Shown piece after piece: positions 1 through 15,006 of a stretch of 64,000 nucleotides of DNA; the first letter of the stretch is position 1; every line of letters begins with the position of its first letter. The notes below the pieces were generated by a model, which worked only from the letters and a program-made list of their open reading frames with translations, was not told the DNA's origin and made no database searches. A program made the translations under genes and the position numbers. Source of the DNA: Chrysomallon squamiferum (Eukaryota > Animalia > Mollusca); assembly GCA_012295275.1 (NCBI GenBank), contig CM022679.1, positions 23,560,001 through 23,624,000 of the forward strand, written 5' to 3'.

Positions 1-1264
1 CAATATATTCCTTCTCTTTTCCTTTTTTCTTTTTTGGGAAAAAAAGTTTAAAGTTAAGGTTTATTTTGGTCATAAATTACTATTTTCTGTGATAAAATCT
101 GTGTGCCATGTTTAGTTCTAATCAGTCAGTAAGAAATGTCCCTTGGCTTACAAAAGATTTTAAATTGAAATAATTACCCCTTTCCAAAATATCCATAATT
201 TTTATATCTAATTTCAAATAACAGAATATTTTAACCAATTTATTCTCAGAACTGTACTGAAAAGTGATAAGTACTAAATTTAAGCAGAAGTATATTATTT
301 ACAAATGTTTATATATGACACTGAGTATGCTAAACTTGGTGCACAGAAAGTAATGTTTTTTTTTTTTATCTGCAGTGGTCTATGCATTTCCACAGTATGA
401 TGTGTTCCCTCTGTATCAGATAATCATGTTTTCTTTCAAACCAAATTTTTATAAATGTTTTAAAAAGTTTTTTTCAGTTGGGGAAATAACATAATTTGTA
501 AAATGTTCTCTGAAACAAAATTTACAAAAATCTTTTTGGAACCAATAAAACAAGACAAGATATTTTATCTAAAATAGAAATAAATTTTTGATTTGGATTG
601 AGACTTTGTAATAAAAAAAAATATATCACTTTTAAATACTAGTAACTGAGAAAAAAGAAAAAAAAAAAAAATATATATATATATATATAAAAACAGTAGA
701 TTTTCCATTTTGGATTATTATAAGCATTAAAGATGGCAATATAAATACAAGCATACAGAAATATCCTATATTAATTTGACAGAAAACATGAATATAATAG
801 ATATATGATGGAAATAATTTTTTGTCCAGTTTGTAACCCTGATAGCAGTTTGCTTGCAAATGCAGGTCAGTTGCATTGTTGGTTGGGGTTTTATTCTTTT
901 ACTTCCATTTTACTTTGTTTTCATTATTTATGTTTTTTATTTTGCAGATTTTTCTACAAAAAACAAAAAAAATTACAAAAACAAAATGCTAAATGTATTT
1001 GTAGACAAAAAATGCAATTTAAATATTTAAAGGTTAAATTTCATTTTCAAAGTTCATTATCAAAGTTAAGCATCTTTTAATGATAAAAATAAGTTTACCA
1101 AACCCAAAATTGTAAGAACACCATTTGGAAAGGTTAAGCTTAAATATTTTAAATTGATATATTCACATAAGAATTAAATATAGTTATTGGTGAAGGTTGA
1201 ATTGTTAATATTTATCATAGATACTTGTAATTTTTTTAAATTCATGATATTGTAAAGTTATTAA

Positions 1265-1482
1265 CCCTGTGAAAGTTATAGATATAAACAAATTTTGTGG
1301 TGGTACTTTTTTCTTTCAAAATATTTGGCTTAAAAATGTTATGCCTATTCTTGTATTTTAGATTGTTCCTGAAAAAAAAAAAATTCACAAATAATTAAAA
1401 AAAAAAAAAAAAAAATGTTTCATATTGGCAGTTTTTATAGATGTGATGTAAAGGAATTGTTATATTCTATACTTTTACAGGG
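1265..1482. mobile_element. piggyBac-type non-autonomous element (MITE), about 218 bp
   Basis: TTAA (1261-1264) + CCCTGTGAAAGT ... ACTTTTACAGGG + TTAA (1483-1486). The 12-bp terminal inverted repeat has 1 mismatch. CCC/GGG ends with a TTAA target duplication are the piggyBac signature. No ORF. Confidence 0.6.
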
Positions 1483-2115
1483 TTAATATTTTTTTAAGGG
1501 TTTATTTGACCCATAGAAGCTAATGGTTTTCCTACATCTCCACTATTAAATGTAAGATCAGCAACCAACAGTAAAGTCAGGCTGCATAATAATGTATTGC
1601 AATAATGTTTTGATCTTGTACACACATTCCTGTCACAATTTTTCAGTAAAGACATTTATGCATTCGTTCACTTGTTTGTTTTTAATTTTAGTTTTAACTT
1701 CTTCATTACTGAAGTGGGTATTAATGGCAAAACACTTAATTATGGTTGAAGTAGAAAGTGCCCAGGCATTTCACCAGACTGATGAAAACGATGTTCCAGT
1801 TTAAACTTGATAAAATGGTGGACAGTTAGTGGATGTTTTTTGAAATGGAGGCTGCTACAAAACCACTAATACAATGCCTTTTAAAAATAAAATAATTAAT
1901 ATTTTACTTTTCAGTTATTTAAATAACGGGAAAGAAACTGCTAACAAGTTAAGAAATAGAATTATTTTATATTTGTTTTATTTTCCTCCATTTAAGATAG
2001 TTTTTGATCCATAATATAAATAACACTAATTCATTACAATCATCTTAAAAAATGAAGTGTTTATTTACAAAAAAAAACAAGTTTTGATTTGTACACAGAT
2101 TCCCATTGAATGTTG

Positions 2116-3572
2116 TTAGCCAAACATTGATGTGTGCAGACTTTCTAGTTCAAATTCACGCTGTTTAGATCGAGCCTGAAAATTAAAAATGGTATTTATT
2201 AGAAAATGCATTCATTTACTAATATGAATAAAATGTTAAAAAAAGTAAATAATAAAACTAAAAGGAAACAAATGTTGATTCGGTTTCTGAATATTAACAT
2301 TTAAAAAGTTTAATTATTAATTATGTATACTGAATTTTATTCTTGACTTACCTTACAAGCTACTTTACAATTTACTAATATATATTAAGAATAATCATAA
2401 ATAATTATATATTCATTGTAAATCTTATATAAAGTCTGACTTTGTGTGTAAATCAAAATTATTGTATTAATAATTATCAAGATAACTGAACATGCATGTG
2501 TAACACATTTTTTTTTAAATTTAAATTTTTTTTTACATAAGTATGTTTGATGCAGTGAACTCTGCTGTCTCCAAGTTCCACTATTTCACATATTTAACTT
2601 GCCTTGTGTTTTTTATACATTTCATAATCGGGGTCATCTGTCGGTAATTCATATCTGCATACAGGACAAGTGCTAACCTGGATAAAAATAAATAATAATA
2701 ATTATTTATATTCTCACTCATTGGACTCTGCAGTAAATATATTTGTTAACTGGATAATAATAATGGATAATGAATAACTTAATTAATGTAATAAAAGAAA
2801 CAGTTGAATCAGTTTAATAATTATATCAGCTAAGGCCCACATTTTGGGGGTTAATTCCTATTCCAAACAATGCCCCATACCTGAAGCATTAAAAATGGGA
2901 GTGTGTGTTATACACCATTGAAATATGAATATTAAAAACTCTGTTGCTGCTATTTATTAAGACTTGCACATAATACTGTAGCAGCTAATTTCTGGTACAA
3001 TAAAATAAAAATTGTATTGCAGATAGCATTAATATAAAAATGTGCTAACATACCTTTTGTAACCATGGCAAGATGCACTTTGAATGAAATTGATGATCAC
3101 AGGGTAAAGTTTTTGTTTCATCTTCTTCATCAAATTCTCCAAGACACACACTGCACTGGATGCCTTGAGCTATTTTAAAAATTACAATATATAAATTGCT
3201 TGGCACTTGAAACAAACTTTTCATTTTTTTAAAACTTTAGTGTAATATTAATAATGTGACCAGTGCGGTTGCATATAAAATTTAAAATAATAATGTAATA
3301 ATTAGGAAATAAAAAATATAACTGCATAAAGTAATGAAATTTTGTTTTAGCATATGTGTTTTATCATAATTTATATATCCATATGTTTTGTCCTAAGTTT
3401 AATAATGATTAATATATCATCAATATGTAATAATAAATACAAAACAACCACAGTTTAATCATATTCTCTAACAACATACCTGCTAACATTGGTGTGATCA
3501 ACTTTGTTGGGAGTTCATCAACAAATTTTTTTGAGGCAGGAGGTACCTTCCTGGTGCCTCCAAAAATTCTAC

Positions 3573-3620
<48 letters not shown>

Positions 3621-3988
3621 TTGATATAGTTATAGAGACATTTTTACAATTACAATTTTCTAAATCATTACTAAATTCTTACCTGTCATATTCTACATTC
3701 CATTCCATTGCTGCTCCAGTATCGAGCAATAATCTGAAATAAAATTAAACCAATCTTTAAAATGTGAATACACATTTCCATAATCAATCTTCATGATTCA
3801 TGTTTATGATACTATTTTCAAATCTGCACGTTATTCTAGTAACATGAGCTGAAATCTGGTGAGAAATACAATTACTGAATTAGTATCTTTTATTAGATAA
3901 ATATTCCATCAACAAAACGCTGACGAATGAAACATTATTTAGATTTATATCAGATATGTTATTATCAGAATTCTGAATATTAATGAAA

Positions 3989-4045
<57 letters not shown>

Positions 4046-4201
4046 TAAATTTTAAAAACTCTAAATTCTGATAATAAAATCATAGAAAAAAATACAAAAA
4101 ATTACATTTTTAAAAACAAACCTGGCTAAATGTAGTAAGTGATTTGGAGTTTCTCCGTTAGCCAATGGCTCACAATCATGTTCATCATAATAAGAGGCCA
4201 T
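2116..4201 (-). CDS. RNF181: E3 ubiquitin ligase RNF181 (RING-H2), 156 aa, 6 coding exons
   Basis: Exons 4201-4122, 3733-3683, 3568-3480, 3169-3054, 2677-2603, 2175-2116 join in frame (471 nt). Protein: [13 protein letters not shown]...[12 protein letters not shown]...CSVCLGEF...[37 protein letters not shown]...[19 protein letters not shown]. The N-terminus, RING-H2 and C-terminus match the RNF181 family. The last intron is GC-AG. Confidence 0.95.
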
Positions 4202-4493
4202 TTCACTCTTTTCGATCAATGATAATCATTTACTACAGTTAAATATTGTGCCGAGTCATAATCACAGTTTTTCTTTCATTCGCCCTATTTCCGGCGATAC
4301 TTTAATTTCCTGGTTGTCCCATATATCCTTAACTATATATATAGTATATCAAAGTTATAGCAAATGTTAATTAAATGTTAATTAAACTGAAATAAGAATT
4401 ATAAATAAGAAGCATCATGTACAAAATTCTCTAAATGTGTTATCGACGAAAGAAAAATGTTATTTTCAACATCTTAAGGGACAATCTAGAAAA
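4202..4493. promoter_or_regulatory. Putative bidirectional promoter for RNF181 and BLOC1S2
   Basis: Only 292 bp separate the divergent ATGs. CpGs are locally retained. ETS-like ATTTCCGG at 4287-4294 and ATTTCCTG at 4305-4312. Confidence 0.65.
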
Positions 4494-6474
4494 ATGGCAG
4501 ATGAAAACGAAGACCAAAGAAAATCCGGAAAGAGAGGTAGTTTACAAACATTAGTTTCTCAAGGTATTTATGTGTATTTTTCATTTAGCAATCAACACTA
4601 CATTTAACATAAATAATGGGAGTGAATGACTAAATATAACTATGTAATTTCTCACTGTCATTTCTTAAATAACTTCACCAAAGAATAATTTACTTAAGAA
4701 ATGATAATGTAAAATTAAGCAATAATTATTAATATTATTGAATAATATTTTAACTAATTCAAGAAGACAATATCTTTTATGATGTAATATAACTAATTAC
4801 AGTAATCATCAAATAAAATATTTTCCATTTATCCAAATAATAACGACATCTACTAATGCTTTTGACTTTTATCACATAAATAGTTGTATTGAAATTCGAT
4901 TAATCACGGTTCTGATAAACCATTCCCCACTCTTATAATTTATATTTAAAATTACTGAAGAAAAATATTCAGTTGTCAAAGTTATTATTTTTTTTAATAT
5001 GCCGAGTTTCAATAAACCTATTGTTAAATTTGGGGATTATTTATATAATGTTTTCAGACTCCAGGCAGGGAAGAGATGAAATAGCAGTTACAGATGAAGG
5101 ACCACCAACTGAAGTTGTTGGACTTTGTAGAGATACATTCCAAAAAACTGCAGAGTATCTTCGAGGAGAATTAGAAGGTTTGTTTGTTGAATAAATGAAT
5201 CAATGAACATTTGTTTAATAACAAATACATTTTTTTTTTTTTTTTGATATATTAACTGTTACTATGATTTTGTTTTGGGAACTGAAACCTGCAGATTACT
5301 GTTATTGATTGACAGAAGATGGTTTGTATGTGAAAATCCCCATGCTAAGTACAGGGTTTTTTTTTTTGGAAGGAACTAAGCTATCAGATGAAAGGGAACG
5401 GTCACACTGAACACTTATAAACTTAAAAGTTGTATAGAACCCCGTTAAAAAAAGAATGAAAAACGATAGTATGTTGTATCATATTTTTTACAATTTGGTT
5501 TAATCATACATATTCAACTATTTAAAAAAAATGATATTTGTTTCCTAATTTTGAAATTTGTTCTTTTATTCAGGAACTTCAGAAGATTATAAGTTACTGG
5601 AGAAAATGAACAAAGTTACCATCACAAAATATTCAGAAATGAAACACATTGCCCTTAATGTGGCAACTGCTTTGCAAGAACTGAATTCAAAATGTAAGCA
5701 ATGCAATAGATAAGAAAAAATTCCAACAAAATGAAATATATGTCTAAATTATCATAAATTAACTGACATAAAATGTTAGCAAAACAACCAAAAAAACAAT
5801 TAAAATAAAAAAATAGTGAACTGAGTAAAAACAGTTGAATTGGATGCTGATGTCTATATTGATTTTAATTTTATGCCTATAACAATAAAATGTATGTGTG
5901 TGTGTGTGTGTGTGGTTTATCGTCTTTTCTATTTATTATTTTTTTATGGGGCTATTTTTTTTTCATTCTTTAGATATTAGTTTGCAGCCATATCTTGACC
6001 AGATAGATCAGATAGAAGAAAGTGTAGCAGGACTTGAGCAGGCTGCTTACAACTTAGATCAATACTCAAAAAGATTAGGTAACTGCACTAATTAGTAATC
6101 TAAAATCTATTTTTTCCATTAAATACACAAATATGTTTACTAATATTACTTGCTAAACACTTATAGCACTACTAATGTAACTTTCAGATCCACAAGTTTC
6201 TGACATTTTTTAAGTTTTTAAAAAAGTGAAATTAAATCATTAACACTTAAACATTTTTTTATATCTAATAAACTGTTTTTCATGTGTATTCTCCGCATGG
6301 GTTAATCTTCATTTATAGATGAATTACCTATTAATTAGATTTTTATTTATTTATTTATATAATTGTTTTTTTTATTTTTTGTTGTTTTCTTTCTGCACCA
6401 GAATAATTTATGATTTGTAATCTGTACTTTTATATTTTACAGAAGAAAAATTCAAAGCCTTAGAAAAAAGATGA
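4494..6474 (+). CDS. BLOC1S2: BLOC-1/BORC subunit 2, 5 coding exons
   Basis: Exons 4494-4563 (or 4494-4536), 5058-5177, 5574-5693, 5974-6078, 6443-6474; all introns GT-AG, phase 1. Protein includes ...[37 protein letters not shown]...[42 protein letters not shown], the BLOC1S2 family sequence. Confidence 0.95.
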
Positions 6475-7643
6475 AAAGTGATGGAAATGTTAAGAATGGC
6501 TATTTAGCAAACATGACTGAAGGTGCTTTTAAGCTGAAAGTAGACAGTAATGTGGAATAAAATGAAAAGTGATTCTACATCATTTGAAATAAACTGCAAT
6601 TAAAAACCCACCTGAAATCACATGTAATAAATAAATAATTCTGTGTCAATATTGATTAATTATTTTATGAACACTAACATATTTGGAGATAATTTAGTCA
6701 AATGACACAAATTAGCAGATGATTGTTATTATTTATTGTTAGTTGTTCATTTTTCTTAAACAAAAGTGCTAACTGATATTTATTTCATTTGTTTTGAAGA
6801 CTTGACTGAACACGTTTCTGTTGCTCTAATTTCCTGTTTTAAATGATTCAAAGATTTTATTATCATTGTAAATCACGAAACTATTGTTTATTTATATACT
6901 GTATTTATTTCTTTTTTTAAATCTGGTTATCAAATAAAGTTAATGTGTAAAATTTATGTTGATAATACTTGCTTTTAATATTGTTATGATGTTAATGATT
7001 TTGGGATAATGTATTTAAAAAATACAAAAAACACTACAGTTTTTAATTTAATGTAATTTATTATTATTATTAGCTAGTGTAATTACATCTGTATTTAATA
7101 AAATATATAAAGAAGTAATTTGTTGTTTTAATGTATCTCAGCAGGAAGCAAGAAATGCATGTTGTGAAATATATTGATACTTTTTAAAATGCTGTCTTGT
7201 TAGAATTTGATGTGCTGGTATGCAGTAACCTAAAAACGGAATACGTACCATGCAGTTAAATAAATATCTTAGTTTGTATTTTATTTGCTTTTGAATTACG
7301 CTTAATGAATGGACTGTGATCTATGTTAATATTTTTCCGTGTATGATAATTACTGCTTGCATATGACACACTGTATTTAATGTTCAGTGCATTAGTGTTA
7401 AAACAGTCACATAACTGTAAATATTTCGAACTAAATTCATCTATTTTTATACTTCTATTTGTTTTTATGTATATTAAATACAATAATATTTGAGACTGTA
7501 TGAGTATGTCTAAACAGAGTTGCATCTATTTGCAGACTTGCATAAAAAAAAAAAAAAAAAAAAATGATTTGTGGATGAAGGTGTATCGAAACATTTCATT
7601 TATAATTCCTATAAAAATACGAAATAATCAGAATAGGTCAATT

Positions 7644-7680
<37 letters not shown>

Positions 7681-9687
7681 TATTAAAAATATAGAAAAAA
7701 AAAAAAAATATATATATATATATATATTAAAAAATACGGTGAATGATAATAATTAATATGTTATTGCTTCAAGAATAGAATTTCTGAAACTACAAATTCA
7801 GTGACGCTAATGCACATTTCAACGAATACACAGGCATCTATCTACATGTAGACAAATACACAAATCAACTAAAAGAAAAACACATTCAACTAAAACATAC
7901 AGCACACGAACATTAAATATGAACACAGGTACATACGTACATTAAACAAGCTCACATATTTACGTAGACTCTTACAAACAAAACCAAAAAAAAAAAGGAT
8001 AAGAAACATGCAGAAGAAACACGCACCTATATATACATATAAACATATAAACGTAATGTAATACTTATATAGTATAGACGCATAAAGAACTTAAACCTAT
8101 ACGAACACAAGCACTCATATAGCCTACATTCACATGTATACGTATACACAATGAGTATCGATCTCTTCCAGAAATCAACATATAAAATGAGACATATGCA
8201 TACACATTTCCGCAAACCTCAAATCACCAAAAAGAAAAATATACATCCAAAACGCGCACTCTCAGACACACACACATTCACATACTCAAATACACACGTA
8301 TTAAATATTTACGTTGAAACGTTCAACCAAAAAAAATATATGAAACACCCACCCACACACGATATATATACAGAAGCACGTAAACACACACACCCACTGA
8401 AGGTGCCGACAAAGCGGGCAGTTGCCAGGGCGCAACAAACTAGTTAGGGGCCGGCACATGTATTTGAGACCTACCAAAAATATTAATAAAATAAACATAA
8501 TTAAATAATTAGTTACCTAACAAAATATGAAAATTCCTTTAGTGGATTTAATACTTTTTGCAGTTTCACTGTTAATTATTTCTGTTATGATGTTCCAGAT
8601 GTTAAAAATGAAAATTTGTGAATGTCCAGTCTTTGAAAGAGATCAATCTAACTCATTTTAGAGTGGGCTCATTTTTTTAAAATGGTGTCAGAATAAAACA
8701 TCTACAACTAGGCCATGACTGGTGTGAATTTTGGATTTGGTAATCACTGATAATCATCTGCATTATGAACTTACTCAAAACAAATGAAGTAGTCTACAGC
8801 ATGGTAAACACTTAGATATACGTATCTTTAACTTCATACATTGACACACATATAAAAAGAGTTAAATTAAATTAAATTAATAATAATAAGAAGAAGAAGA
8901 AGAAGAAGAAGAAGAAAAGAAAGGGAACATGCAGTTGAAAAAACAAACAAACAAATAAAAAGCAAGCAAACCCAGATACACGAGTGCTGTATATATGACC
9001 CACTGCACTATGTATCGTTTATATATACTGCATATTAATACTGCATATTAATATTCATGCATGATGTATAATAGGTCGGTTAGTGCGCTTGTTCAGTTCA
9101 TGTCTGATTAGTTTGGCGGTTGAGTCAAAAACGGCGACGTTAGCATGTCAGTCATCCTTCGTTGTTTTTATATTCTTCGTCCTGTAGCTAATTATGGTTC
9201 AAGTCTTACCAATGCAGTTTCTTCTGTTTAATGCTCGTTTTAACTGACATTGATTTTGTGTCGGTTTCCATAACGACTTTGTACAATATTTCTGAAATTT
9301 TATTCTTGAAGAGGTAAAATATAAATTTCTTGAAGAGATCAATACTCAGTGTTGTCTCCTTAGTAACTGTTTGTTAATTTTTAATACTATAGAAATAATG
9401 GTTCAAGATTTCAAATGATGTTGTTGGTGACAGACATGTCTTAAGTTCAAATGACTGTTGTTGCTTGTTGTTAAGCTATTTATTCCAAACAAATGACATC
9501 ACGCAATGGATATAAATTTTGGATTGCACTTATCTTGTTTTTAATGGGTTGGAAATAATCTTTTTTTTCTTTTTAATTTAAAAAAAAAACAAAAATTATT
9601 AATATATTGTTTTAAAAAATGTTATTTATTTATTTTATTTTATTTTATTTTTATTTATTTTTTTATTATTATTTTTTTTTTTATGTT

Positions 9688-9722
<35 letters not shown>

Positions 9723-10264
9723 CGATGTATCTGCATATGTATGCACGTGTATGGTGGTTTTCTATCTTTTATTTTTATGTACTGTATCTATTTATTAAGA
9801 TGTGTCCATATGATTTAATGCATGTACGTTTTTTCGTAAGTGGATGTATAAATAAAACCAAACTACATACACGTATAAAAAAACGCCCCTACATTAAATA
9901 ATATGTACAAATACATCTTAATTATGCAAATGGCAACAGTACATTAATAAAAACCATACACATGCATACATCAACTAAAAGAAAAACATTCATGCATACA
10001 AGCAAAATACCCACACACATACTTACACACACACACATATATACATTTACACATACACACATATACATGGTTAAGTACCACAGACACATGTGTACATTTA
10101 AAGACGTACACTACAAGAACAGAAATGCATATGTACACATATACTCACACCAGTGAACACAGACATACATACTGCATTTCTTTACTTTTTTCTTCTTCAT
10201 TTATTTAAAAAAAAAAAAAAAAAAAAAAAATTCTTTCTACATTTTTTGGGACAATATTTAATTG

Positions 10265-10295
<31 letters not shown>

Positions 10296-12879
10296 TTACA
10301 AAATTAATAAATATATATTTTACTGAGAATAATTCTTCCAGTAATGTTTTCGTTTTCGTTTTCGTTCTTGTTATGTTCCTCTTTTTGTTGTAGAACAAGT
10401 TGTCCATTATTGTCCATCCGTTAGACACTGTGTAACTAACTATTCATAATGTGAGTGTTAATTTAGAGGACGAGTCACATTAAATACGCTGTGTATGTCC
10501 ACAGTAATGTTTAACAGACTTCTTGACAACAAAACAAGCAAACACACTCACACAGTAATAATAATAAAAGTTTTTTTTAAAAGAAATTTATTAGATGAAA
10601 CAGCAACCATACACAATACACTGAAACACAGCCAAGTAAAAATCTAACAAATCAACAAACTCATCTGCCGATGAAAAGAAATCCCAAACTACAACAACCA
10701 GTAAAACATTCTGAGTTAAACAGACATTTTAATTATTATTTTATTTATTATTTTATTTATTTATTTATTTTCTTATTTATTTATTTATTTATTTTTTATA
10801 ATAAATAAAATGTGAATTAATAATGAATACACTATTATAACAATAGTTAAATAATTTACTTGTAGCAAATTCATTAAAATAGAAGTTCATTATCTTCAGT
10901 ATTTTTAAATCAATTACCAATCTTTAAGAATAAATTTTTGTTTTTAATTCTGTGAGAATTATAATTTATTAATATTTGATTACTTTATTATTATTATTAT
11001 TATTATTATTATTTATAAAGTCACAAAAATCTCCATTGCTATCCATTAATAAAATAGAAGAAGTGAATAAAATACATAATATGCTATAGTAATGAATAGT
11101 AAAATCAAATGAATAAAAACATAATAGGTGAATTCTATTTACATTTGTTTACGAGAAAATTGAGCGAGTATACTAAAAAAATAAAAAACCCATAGCAATT
11201 AAAAGTAATTATATCAGCAATTAAAAAGTCTGGTTAAATACTAATAAAAGATATATGCTATCATTCTTTTTTTTCATATATCATGATAAAATTCAAACTG
11301 ACATTTATCTCAAGATATTAACAGTGTAACAAATACAAAACATTTTGCGAGATGATCAAAAGTGGAAAACAAATTATGTTTTTGTTTGTGAATTAACATG
11401 AATCAAATTATGCATTAAATAAAATCTGGATTGAAATTTTGGATTAAAAAAATGGATTAAATATATTCTACATACTTCTATGTCAACTGACAACAAACTT
11501 TGCTAACAATAAAGTACAGAACTGAAATAAAATTATGTGATCGTTTTTTACAAGTTTTTTTAAAAGATATTTCTATACTAGCATTGTTTTCTTTCCTTCT
11601 TTTTAAATTAATTTTAATACATTAGTTATCTGGGTTTGTTCTTAAAAAAACAATTTAGGAGAAATGAAATCCAGTATTTCCCATTAACAGACTTCTAACA
11701 TAATATTGTTAAATGTTTTCAGTGAAAAATTAACCCAAAGAAGCTGCCAAACATAAATTAAAATTAAAAAGAAACAAACACAAACCCAATGCTGACTCTT
11801 TAGCACTATATACATATACATATATATATTTTGCATGATAAATGTTACATTATGCATAATTCAGCAATGATTACTCTCATGAGTTTGAAACCTTTCAAAC
11901 AAATGTATAAAATGTCTTAACTTGGTCCTTAGAGAACTGATGCAACATTTTACATTTTTAAAAATGTTAAAATGAAAACAAAGAGATATTTATAAATATA
12001 ATGCTGTTTTTATCTGACAGTAATTTTGTCTGTAACCATAATAGTAAAAATTTAAAGTACAGATCATATGTCAGACCCTGCACATACACATTTTATGAAT
12101 TAAGAATTTTTACTACTAATTATTATGTGGAAAATATTATTATATTAAGAAGAAAATTGTTAATATTAAAATATAACAACAGAACATACATCAGTATGTT
12201 TCATAATTACGTAAACTACATATATATATATATATATATATATCACTAGCTAGGATCACAGAGTAAATTTTATTTACTGGAAATCACAGAATATATATCT
12301 CTTAACAAATATGGCAACAAAATGAAACATGCACTAACAAGCTACTGCTTTAGAAGCTGGTTACTATTATTATAATTTTTTTTGCTCATTGGTAATAACA
12401 AAGATAATAATTTTCAGAGATATATTTTTGTAATATGAAACAAATTTGTAAATAAATGAAAACACTCTGTATTCAAACAATGAACAATTAACAATCAATA
12501 AATAAAATTCAACAAACAATATTTTGGGTTAAAACTATAACTTCATTAAAAGAGAGAGAAACAAAAAAACCAATAATAAATAATAAATAAATATGGATCA
12601 CAAACATAAATAAAAATCATTTCAGTTAAAATTTATATTCAGTGGTATTCTCAATGGCATAGAAAACTTTGATTAAATAACTACATTTCAAAAGACAAGA
12701 AGATAAAAAGAAAAAAAAAAAATACTAAAGGGACAGAACTTACGTCACATCCTGTCTATAGTGAAAAAAATAATAAAAATAGGTGTCTTGTGCATAAGCT
12801 GAAATAACATAAATGTAATTCTACTTACACTAATCTAGAATATAAATTAATAAATACAAAGTTTCTGAAAATTTCCTAC

Positions 12880-13160
12880 TTTTGGTTTTATCTGAGATTT
12901 AGAATTAATTTTAAAGTGAGTTTGTTAAATACAGTCTGATTTGTACTGAGCTAAGTTTCAGTTTTAGTGTTAGTTTCTGAGTTAGTATTGGATTTCAGAT
13001 AACTTTGAGGATTAGGGTTTCTTTTGAGAATAATTCCAGAGTTATGTTTAATTTAAGGTTTTGTCAGGATTAAGATTAGTTTCAGGGTTTATAGGTTAGT
13101 TTTTGGGATGGGGTCAAAGAGAATCCAGTAATCCCTCTTTAGGTTAAGATTTAGTAGTTC
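12880..13160 (+). repeat. Degenerate TTAGGG/GTTAG-like low-complexity tract
   Basis: Strand-biased run of GTTAG/TTAGGG/TTAAGG-like words (e.g. GATTAGGGTTT, AGGTTAGTTT). Heavily decayed. Confidence 0.3.
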
Positions 13161-13575
13161 ATATTAAAAACAGAACTAAAATTTTGCTATAATTATAAAA
13201 ATTGCTTATCTTTGACATAGCATACAAATTATATTTTATAAGTTATAAAAATTTAAATGAATATTTTAAAACAATTTTAGTTTCTTGGAAACTTCATTTG
13301 TGTTTGTTTAATATGACCCCTCCAACCAGCTTTATATTGCCTGAATGGTAATAAATAACACAAGCTTTTTCATTAACTGTAACTGTTGTATCAGTATTAA
13401 AAGTATTTTTACCTATTTATTTATTTATGTTTTTTGTTTATGAATGGAATGTGTTATGTTTCTTGTTCCAGTTAAAAAAAAAAAAAAAAAAAAAAGAAGA
13501 AATGATTGGTAGATATTAACATTAAGCTATACAAATAGTGGTTAATTTATTATGATTATGATTATGATTATTATG

Positions 13576-13620
<45 letters not shown>

Positions 13621-14961
13621 TTATTAGTTACTAATGTTGTTCTCATTATCATTAATATTATTACTTTTTTTTTTTATTATTATCATAATATACATAAAAG
13701 TAAATAACGATCCTTCTAACAAACATTTCAGAACATATCCAGATCAAATCAAATTCTGATATGCAGACTTATCTTCTAATCACAAAATTAGAAACAACAA
13801 CCTCAAACTAATTAACTGTGAAATACATCCAGTGTCTATCACCTGACATAAACAAACCTTAAACATCTTCATAATAAACTATTTGGCTTTTTTCATACGG
13901 AAGAAATTTCAAGAATGGAACAATTACAATGCTTATTTCTGCGTTTTAACAAATGAAATGTTAGAAAACAAAATTGAACAGTTGAAAAATAATCTTACTG
14001 ATTTAGTTTTCTAACACATATGCAGTTTTCAATTCAAATTATTAGTGTTCGTGATCTTTGACAATATTTACTTATTTATTTCAGACTAATACATTTTTAC
14101 TTTTTTTTTTTTTTTTTTTTTTTTCAAAGAATGAGTATTTATATAGTTACCCTTGTTCATCAAAATACACTCTAAATAAACAGATTTGAAATTCTCAGTC
14201 TTTTACATTTGGGAGAACACTCTTTTTTGATTTTTGCCATTTCAGGCAATTCTTATATTCCCTCTCTCTCTCTCCTTTTTGTCTTTTTAACAGTGAGTAT
14301 TTATATTTTTACCCAGGCTGCTAACTTACAGGCCTAAGAATGGGATCTTCAGAGACAGTGGATAATGTAAATGTATATCAACGTTCATCTTGATGAACTA
14401 GAGAGACAGAGGGGAAACCACACATGAAATCTCTTCCATATGAAATTGGCCATTAAAATACACATACGTATGGCTGCCTAAAGAAAGATAAAACAATGAA
14501 GATAATATTCTTTATAAAAGTTACAGTAAAAAGTGAGAAAAACCCCCAAAAAACTGTTAAAAAAAAAAAAAAAAAATCATGATGATAGATGTATATTGCA
14601 TTCATTCACACTGATGTACATATAAACATCTGTTATGATGGAGCACATGGATTTGGTGTTGCTTAGTAACACAGGGAAGATAACTCTAAACAGTTTATGT
14701 AATAATATTATACCAGTAATGTAATTACAAATTTAAAAAAAAAAAAATGTTTTTGTGTCTAAAAATGCTTTTCTGTTTCTTTGACTTTGATACAAGCTCA
14801 TCTGCATCATGTTATTATTATTATTATTTTTATTATTATTATTATTTTAGCAGGCATTTAATCACAGATATATAATATTGGCTTTTAAGTTTAGACTTTA
14901 AAAATGTCTTAAACTTGTTATTGCATGCAGATCTCTATGGAATAGAAAGATATTTCATTAT

Positions 14962-15006
<45 letters not shown>

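Noticed and set aside
361-470. Possible + strand terminal exon after ttttatctgcag
   Set aside because: An acceptor-like site exists, but no frame gives a peptide I can assign, and upstream exons would be outside the window.
8400-8460. GC-rich patch with GTGCCG/CGGCAC resembling a DNA-transposon end
   Set aside because: Too short, and no partner terminus or target duplication found.
7860-10160. Similar CA-rich blocks at about 7.9 kb and 10 kb sharing ATCAACTAAAAGAAAAACA
   Set aside because: Probably an old low-complexity duplication; boundaries undefined and no functional signal.
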